Shown one piece after another: positions 59,061 through 64,000 of a stretch of 64,000 nucleotides of DNA. Origin of the DNA: an uncultured archaeon (GTDB lineage: Archaea; Asgardarchaeota; Thorarchaeia; Thorarchaeales; Thorarchaeaceae); assembly GCA_964558645.1 (NCBI GenBank), contig CAZLEV010000012.1, positions 1-64,000 on the forward strand. Reading direction: 5' to 3'. The stretch's first letter is position 1. The number at the start of each line of letters is the position of its first letter. Position numbers and translations under genes: made by a program. The notes under the pieces were generated by a model that was given only the letters and a program-made list of their open reading frames with translations, was not told the DNA's origin and made no database searches.

Positions 59061-59624
59061 ATGCACAGACTTAATACGGAGAGCAAGAATACTACATCCA
59101 TAAGATGTAATGAATTTTCTCGGATGTGGTTGCTCGTGAAGAACTCTCAGAGAGTCGCTGGTCTATTGCTCACAATTGCTACTGTTATTGGAATGTATCT
59201 GATAAGGGCTTATCCGTTGGAATCACTCCCTACTGATTCTTTGTTGATTCTTCTTTCCTACCTACTGACTGTATTCCTGCCAGGCCTCTTGATTGATCTG
59301 ATCTTTGGAATGCTGGGAAGCGGAGATAGCTTCGCGGACAAATGCGGGGGTCTCCGAAATGGAGGATATCTGATTGGATACACGGAGCGAAGCCTCTTGT
59401 TCTTGGCAATGATGATCACTCACTACGATGAAGCCATGTCATTTCCATCGCTTCTGAGCTTTCTCTCCGTGATAGTTGCTGCCAAGGCAATCTTCAGATA
59501 CTCCAGTCGAGAAACGGATGACCGCGCCTGCGCTGACTGGTACATCCTCGGGACGCTCATGAGCATCACGATGGCCTTAGCAATCTCTTGGCTAGCCTTC
59601 CGCTTCCTCTTGGTGGGGGGGTGA
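59061..59624 (+). CDS. DUF3307-like membrane protein (SatD partner)
   Basis: GYLIGYTER...AAKAIFR...YILGTLMS; start uncertain. Confidence 0.65.
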   Translation: MHRLNTESKNTTSIRCNEFSRMWLLVKNSQRVAGLLLTIATVIGMYLIRAYPLESLPTDSLLILLSYLLTVFLPGLLIDLIFGMLGSGDSFADKCGGLRNGGYLIGYTERSLLFLAMMITHYDEAMSFPSLLSFLSVIVAAKAIFRYSSRETDDRACADWYILGTLMSITMALAISWLAFRFLLVGG

Positions 59625-59628
59625 TGCA

Positions 59629-60246
59629 GTGATTGCAGTGATCGTTGACATTGTAGCCTCAAGAGAAACAGAGATCGGTAAACGAAGAGAACTTGACAAA
59701 GCCTTGCGAGAACTCTTGAAGCGCGTACACAACCGGTTCGAGGAAGACTGTCTAGCACATCCAGCACTCACTCAAGGGGATAGTCTTGAGCTGTTGGTGA
59801 GCAGTTGGCGCCCCATTGTATTCGTATTTCAGAGCCTTCTCATGAAGGAACTAGAGTTTCGCGTCGGCCTAGGTACAGGGGAAGTCACGATTCGTAAGAA
59901 GAACGCAGATGAATGTGATGGCCCAGCCTTCTGGAACGCAAGAGAGGCTCTCAACGAGATAAAGGAGATGAAATACATGACGCGAACTGCGGGGTTCAAG
60001 ATCGACGATAAAAGCTCCGAAGAGGAGTCCAATATGGTCATAGTGTCTCTTCTCTTTCTCACTTCGTTGCTCGGCATGACTCCGACTCAGGTACGACACT
60101 GCTACCACTACATTTGGGAGAAGAAGCGTGTTTCAGAGATTGCACCGGTGGTGGGGACGTCGAAGGGAAACGTGAGCAGATCATTAAGCAAGACACCCTG
60201 CTATCTCCTTGAACGTATCATGGCTCATATTGACATGCATGGTTAG
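59629..60246 (+). CDS. satD: SatD family protein (palm domain plus C-terminal HTH)
   Basis: DIVASR, TQGDSLE, RVGLGTG, DGPAFWNAREAL, C-terminal EIA..VG.SKGNVSR. Confidence 0.85.
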   Translation: MIAVIVDIVASRETEIGKRRELDKALRELLKRVHNRFEEDCLAHPALTQGDSLELLVSSWRPIVFVFQSLLMKELEFRVGLGTGEVTIRKKNADECDGPAFWNAREALNEIKEMKYMTRTAGFKIDDKSSEEESNMVIVSLLFLTSLLGMTPTQVRHCYHYIWEKKRVSEIAPVVGTSKGNVSRSLSKTPCYLLERIMAHIDMHG

Positions 60247-60588
60247 GCGTTGACAGCATCCCTTCATCTTCGAGATTATGGTTTCCCAGGAATCACAGCT
60301 CTTGGTGGTATCCACTCATTGGTTCCTTCATCTCCAAGACGGCTTTGACCACACCTTGAATCAACCTCCTCATTGGTGCTTTACTCAATACGAACGATCA
60401 GAGCTTGCGAGAATCCGACAGACATCTGTCAAAGAGCCTCTGCTGTTTTAATAGCTAATTGGAGATTATATTTATCACATATCGATTAAAATCAATAATT
60501 ATGTCTGGTTTTATTAGTAAATTACATGAAAAATACAAGTAATGTTTATAACATACGAATCTCGCAAGCGCGAGAAGGTGCCACCATT

Positions 60589-63500
60589 ATGTCAAAGAAA
60601 CTGACCAGCTTACTCTGTCTGATTGCGCTCCTGTTAGCATTCGCATCAGCAGCGGTTAATGTGAACCAGGAACAGATGAACACTGACCGATATATCGAAG
60701 AGCCAGCAGCCACGAGAATCCTGACCCCTTCTTATACGCCTCATGCTCCCATCGTTATTACCTCCAATGCAGACTTTGAAACCTACGCTTTCGAGGGAGA
60801 TGGTTCTTCTGAGCATCCCTATCTGATAGAAGGCCTGAATATCACATCCTCAGATGTCTGCATCAATGTAAGTAACACTGATGTGTATTTCGAGATTATT
60901 GATTGCTTGGTCAGTTCTCCTGAGGGGACTTCACAGGACGGCATCGTCCTGAATAACGTAAGCAACGGCCGGGTCCGTAACTCGATAATCGAATTCCACG
61001 GGAACGGAATCTTTGTAGAACTATCCAACAGCTGTATTTTGGCCGACAATACATTTAGAAGCAACGAACGTGGAGTATCGGTTTTGAACTCGCTGAGTTG
61101 TATCGTAGCCAACAGCACTTCTTCGGGCGCTTATGATAGCTCCCAGTTTTATCTCACCAATTCGCCATATTCAACTCTTATCAATAACACGGGTAGCGGC
61201 AGCTATAACGCAAGGGGCTTCTTGCTATCTGGCTCTCCCCACTCTATTCTCATCAACAACACGGCATTCTACAATTACCGCGGATTCCAAGCCTCTACTT
61301 CAGCCAACGTAACTCTCATAGGCAACAATGCCACCATGAACTACCAATATGGTTACTACCTCGACAGGTCTTGGAACTCCAATCTCACAGACAACATAGC
61401 TCTGGACCAAGATGACACTCATATTGTCCTCACCGACTCTGGCTCCTCGCATCTGAAGAACAACACTGTGGGCCGTGATATGTGGCCCTACGATGCAGGG
61501 ATTGGAGTTTATCTCTGGAACTCAACTTCATGCAATCTTGATGAGAACACTGTTTCAGACAATAGCTATGGGTTCTACATAAAGGAATCAGACGGGTCAA
61601 GTCTGATCGGGAACACTATTTCCGATAATTCGATTAGTGGGATACATCTAGTCGAGTCCTCAGGATGCGAGGTTAAGCTGAATATACTCACTGGCAGTGG
61701 GCTGGTCATAGAGGGTACAACAATCGACAAATGGCTCCACAGTATCCTCGGCAATATGGTCAACGATAAGTCTTTGGGATACTTCAACGGCTATGCAGAC
61801 GGTGATCTGGATATATCCGTGAGAGGGCAGGTTATTGTAGTAGATTGCAGCAACTTTACATTCAGGAATGGAGATCTCGTCGACGCATCCATCGGCATAC
61901 AGGTCGGGTTCTCCTCAAATTGTACCCTCACAGACAACACTGCCTCGAACAACTCGCTCTATGGTTTTCACCTCTATGAGACTAACACAACTACATTTAC
62001 GCAGAACACAGCCCTGCACAACACCCAAGATGGGGTTTACCTCTACCGCTGCTCGTCGAGCAACCTGACCCACAACACTGCTTTCGCAAACCTGCGGCGT
62101 GGGTTCTACATACGAGAGTGCGACGGTACCAGACTCTCCGATAATACTGCAATCAACAACGTAAGGGATGGGTACCACTTCCATCTCAGCACCAACGTCA
62201 CCCTCAACCACAATGTTGCTGAGGATAATGGGTACAGCGGATACTACTTCTTGCAGTCGCCTTACGTCAACGTAACAAGCAATCATGCAAAGGGCAACCA
62301 ACAGTACGGGTTTGTCTTGAATTTTGCACACAGAGGAGTGTTGAATGGCAATACAGTTGTTGACAACATTCAGGGCGGCGTACAGCTCTACAACACTAAG
62401 CATGCAGTCATTCAGAAGAACTCTCTCACGAACAACGGTGTGATGCTTGAGGTCCTGTCTGTAGATTACTGCTTCCACGAGATGTCTGACAATACCGTCA
62501 ACGACAAACCTCTCGGATATTTCGCGAATCTAACCACAGGCACAGTGGATGGCGCCATATACGGACAGGTGATTCTGGTCAACTGCACAGGAGTTGTGGT
62601 GCAAGACGGCGTTTTCAACAATGCCTCAGCTGGAATAATCGTTGCATTCTCTCCAGATTGCACCCTGACAAATAACACTTCAACAGCCAATTACTATGCG
62701 GGGATATATGTATTCCAGTCGCCCAGATGTACTCTATCGGACAACGCAGCCGATGTGAATACAGGCTCAGGATTCGTAGTCCGACAATCCTCCTCCAGCA
62801 ATCTGACTGACAACTCAGCCACAGACAACTCGAATTATGGTTTCTTGCTGACATATTCAAACGACTTGACCCTCATCGACAATGCGGCAATGGGTAACGA
62901 ATATTCAGGATTCTATCTGCTATATTCTGCCAATTCGGTACTGTCATGGAATGCTGCAAGTGACAACATGCAATCCGGATTCTACATTCGCGACTCCACA
63001 AATTGCACACTGTACGACAACAACGCCGTGGCAAACTACGAAGGTTTCAAGATCAGCCAACTAGAGGGAGCAAATCTCACGGCCAATACTGCAATCAGCA
63101 ACTCAATGCGCGGAATCCATCTGGACGTTTCTACGCAATGTATTCTGAATGCTAATGTTCTCGAACAGAACGGAGTTGCCATATATGGCACATCTGTGTC
63201 TCAGTGGGCTCACGTTATGAACGCGAACGAGGTCAATGGCAAGCCGCTGGCGTATCTCGTTAACCTGACTGGTGGCATCATCGATGGTGGCCTTTATGGC
63301 CAAGTGATCATGGTTGAATGCTCGGGTGTGACTGTCCGATACGGAACGTACGTCAATGCATCATTCGGAGTTCAAGTGGCCTTTTCTGAGAGCTGTACCT
63401 TCGAAGGTAACATCATCGCAGGCAATATGTATGGATTCTACTCGTATCAGTCAGGCGGTTGTACTTTCACAGACAACAATGTTTCCGACAGTTCATTGTA

Positions 63501-64000
63501 CGGGTTCTACATCCGCAGTGGAGGGCAGAGTAACCTTGTTGATAATATTGTTTCTGGCAGTCTGAGAACAGGATTCTACATATACCAGTCCGATGAACTC
63601 ATCATAGAGGGAAACAATGCAACCAATAACGCAGAACATGGCTTCATGGTTTACTTCTCGGACGCGTGTGTCTTTACAGAGAACCTAGCGACGGACAACT
63701 CTGAATCGGGGTTCTATCTCTATGATTCGAACATTTGCTCATTCAGCGACAACTCCGCGACTGCTAACGCAGAGAACGGAATCCATCTCAAAAACTCGCA
63801 GAACGTAACCCTTACTGGTAACATTGCCAGTGACAATTGCCAGTATGGCATCTACTTGGATGGTTACAGCTATAACAACACTCTCTATCTGAATGGAATA
63901 TACTACAACGAGGTATCAAATGCACAGGATGATGGAGAATCCAACTATTGGGATGATGGCTCGTCATTCGGAAACTGCTGGGGTGACTATCAGGGAACAG
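60589..64000 (+). CDS. Large secreted right-handed parallel beta-helix (NosD/CASH-like) surface protein, partial
   Basis: ATG 60589 MSKKLTSLLCLIALLLAFASA (signal peptide), HAPIVITSNADF...GDGS..PYLIE, many N...N..GF.L repeats, in frame to the window end (NAQDDGESNYWDDG..GNCWGDY); absent from the ORF track. Confidence 0.9.
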   Translation, partial: MSKKLTSLLCLIALLLAFASAAVNVNQEQMNTDRYIEEPAATRILTPSYTPHAPIVITSNADFETYAFEGDGSSEHPYLIEGLNITSSDVCINVSNTDVYFEIIDCLVSSPEGTSQDGIVLNNVSNGRVRNSIIEFHGNGIFVELSNSCILADNTFRSNERGVSVLNSLSCIVANSTSSGAYDSSQFYLTNSPYSTLINNTGSGSYNARGFLLSGSPHSILINNTAFYNYRGFQASTSANVTLIGNNATMNYQYGYYLDRSWNSNLTDNIALDQDDTHIVLTDSGSSHLKNNTVGRDMWPYDAGIGVYLWNSTSCNLDENTVSDNSYGFYIKESDGSSLIGNTISDNSISGIHLVESSGCEVKLNILTGSGLVIEGTTIDKWLHSILGNMVNDKSLGYFNGYADGDLDISVRGQVIVVDCSNFTFRNGDLVDASIGIQVGFSSNCTLTDNTASNNSLYGFHLYETNTTTFTQNTALHNTQDGVYLYRCSSSNLTHNTAFANLRRGFYIRECDGTRLSDNTAINNVRDGYHFHLSTNVTLNHNVAEDNGYSGYYFLQSPYVNVTSNHAKGNQQYGFVLNFAHRGVLNGNTVVDNIQGGVQLYNTKHAVIQKNSLTNNGVMLEVLSVDYCFHEMSDNTVNDKPLGYFANLTTGTVDGAIYGQVILVNCTGVVVQDGVFNNASAGIIVAFSPDCTLTNNTSTANYYAGIYVFQSPRCTLSDNAADVNTGSGFVVRQSSSSNLTDNSATDNSNYGFLLTYSNDLTLIDNAAMGNEYSGFYLLYSANSVLSWNAASDNMQSGFYIRDSTNCTLYDNNAVANYEGFKISQLEGANLTANTAISNSMRGIHLDVSTQCILNANVLEQNGVAIYGTSVSQWAHVMNANEVNGKPLAYLVNLTGGIIDGGLYGQVIMVECSGVTVRYGTYVNASFGVQVAFSESCTFEGNIIAGNMYGFYSYQSGGCTFTDNNVSDSSLYGFYIRSGGQSNLVDNIVSGSLRTGFYIYQSDELIIEGNNATNNAEHGFMVYFSDACVFTENLATDNSESGFYLYDSNICSFSDNSATANAENGIHLKNSQNVTLTGNIASDNCQYGIYLDGYSYNNTLYLNGIYYNEVSNAQDDGESNYWDDGSSFGNCWGDYQGT

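Noticed and set aside
1-64000. tRNA, rRNA, CRISPR arrays, transposases, integrases
   Set aside because: No cloverleaf with T-loop in intergenic DNA, no regularly spaced repeats and no DDE or tyrosine-recombinase motifs were seen by eye; a tRNAscan/Infernal run would be needed to be certain.

Overview
Archaeal chromosomal window, most likely from an Asgard archaeon (Thorarchaeia-like). That assignment is inferred from a single-domain gelsolin, a longin-like protein, a DUF106/EMC3 insertase, a geranylgeranyl reductase, an AOR with SAMP/MoaD, and a beta-helix surface protein. The first 12 kb hold a membrane-bound group 4 [NiFe]-hydrogenase/complex I-like cluster split into two convergent halves. 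Embedded in it is a compact uncharacterised Cys-rich operon: an HdrA-N-like protein, a ferredoxin, a DGC-GcvH lipoyl-carrier fusion, two more DGC proteins and a thioredoxin-like protein. This is the best candidate for an undescribed system. Further along are an AOR with two ubiquitin-like proteins (one with a tail after GG), a stand-alone rnfD-rnfC pair, a gelsolin plus wHTH/PIP-box pair, a catalytically degenerate archaemetzincin, and tandem membrane-anchored helical paralogs. The last third has three receiver domains around a TPR protein with no kinase, a MinD-like ATPase (GRT Walker A) plus a longin-wHTH protein, a SatD plus membrane partner pair, many transporters, and a >1100-aa beta-helix surface protein that runs off the right end and is absent from the ORF track. 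I recognised no tRNA, rRNA, CRISPR array or transposase. All family calls come from motif recognition by eye, not database searches.
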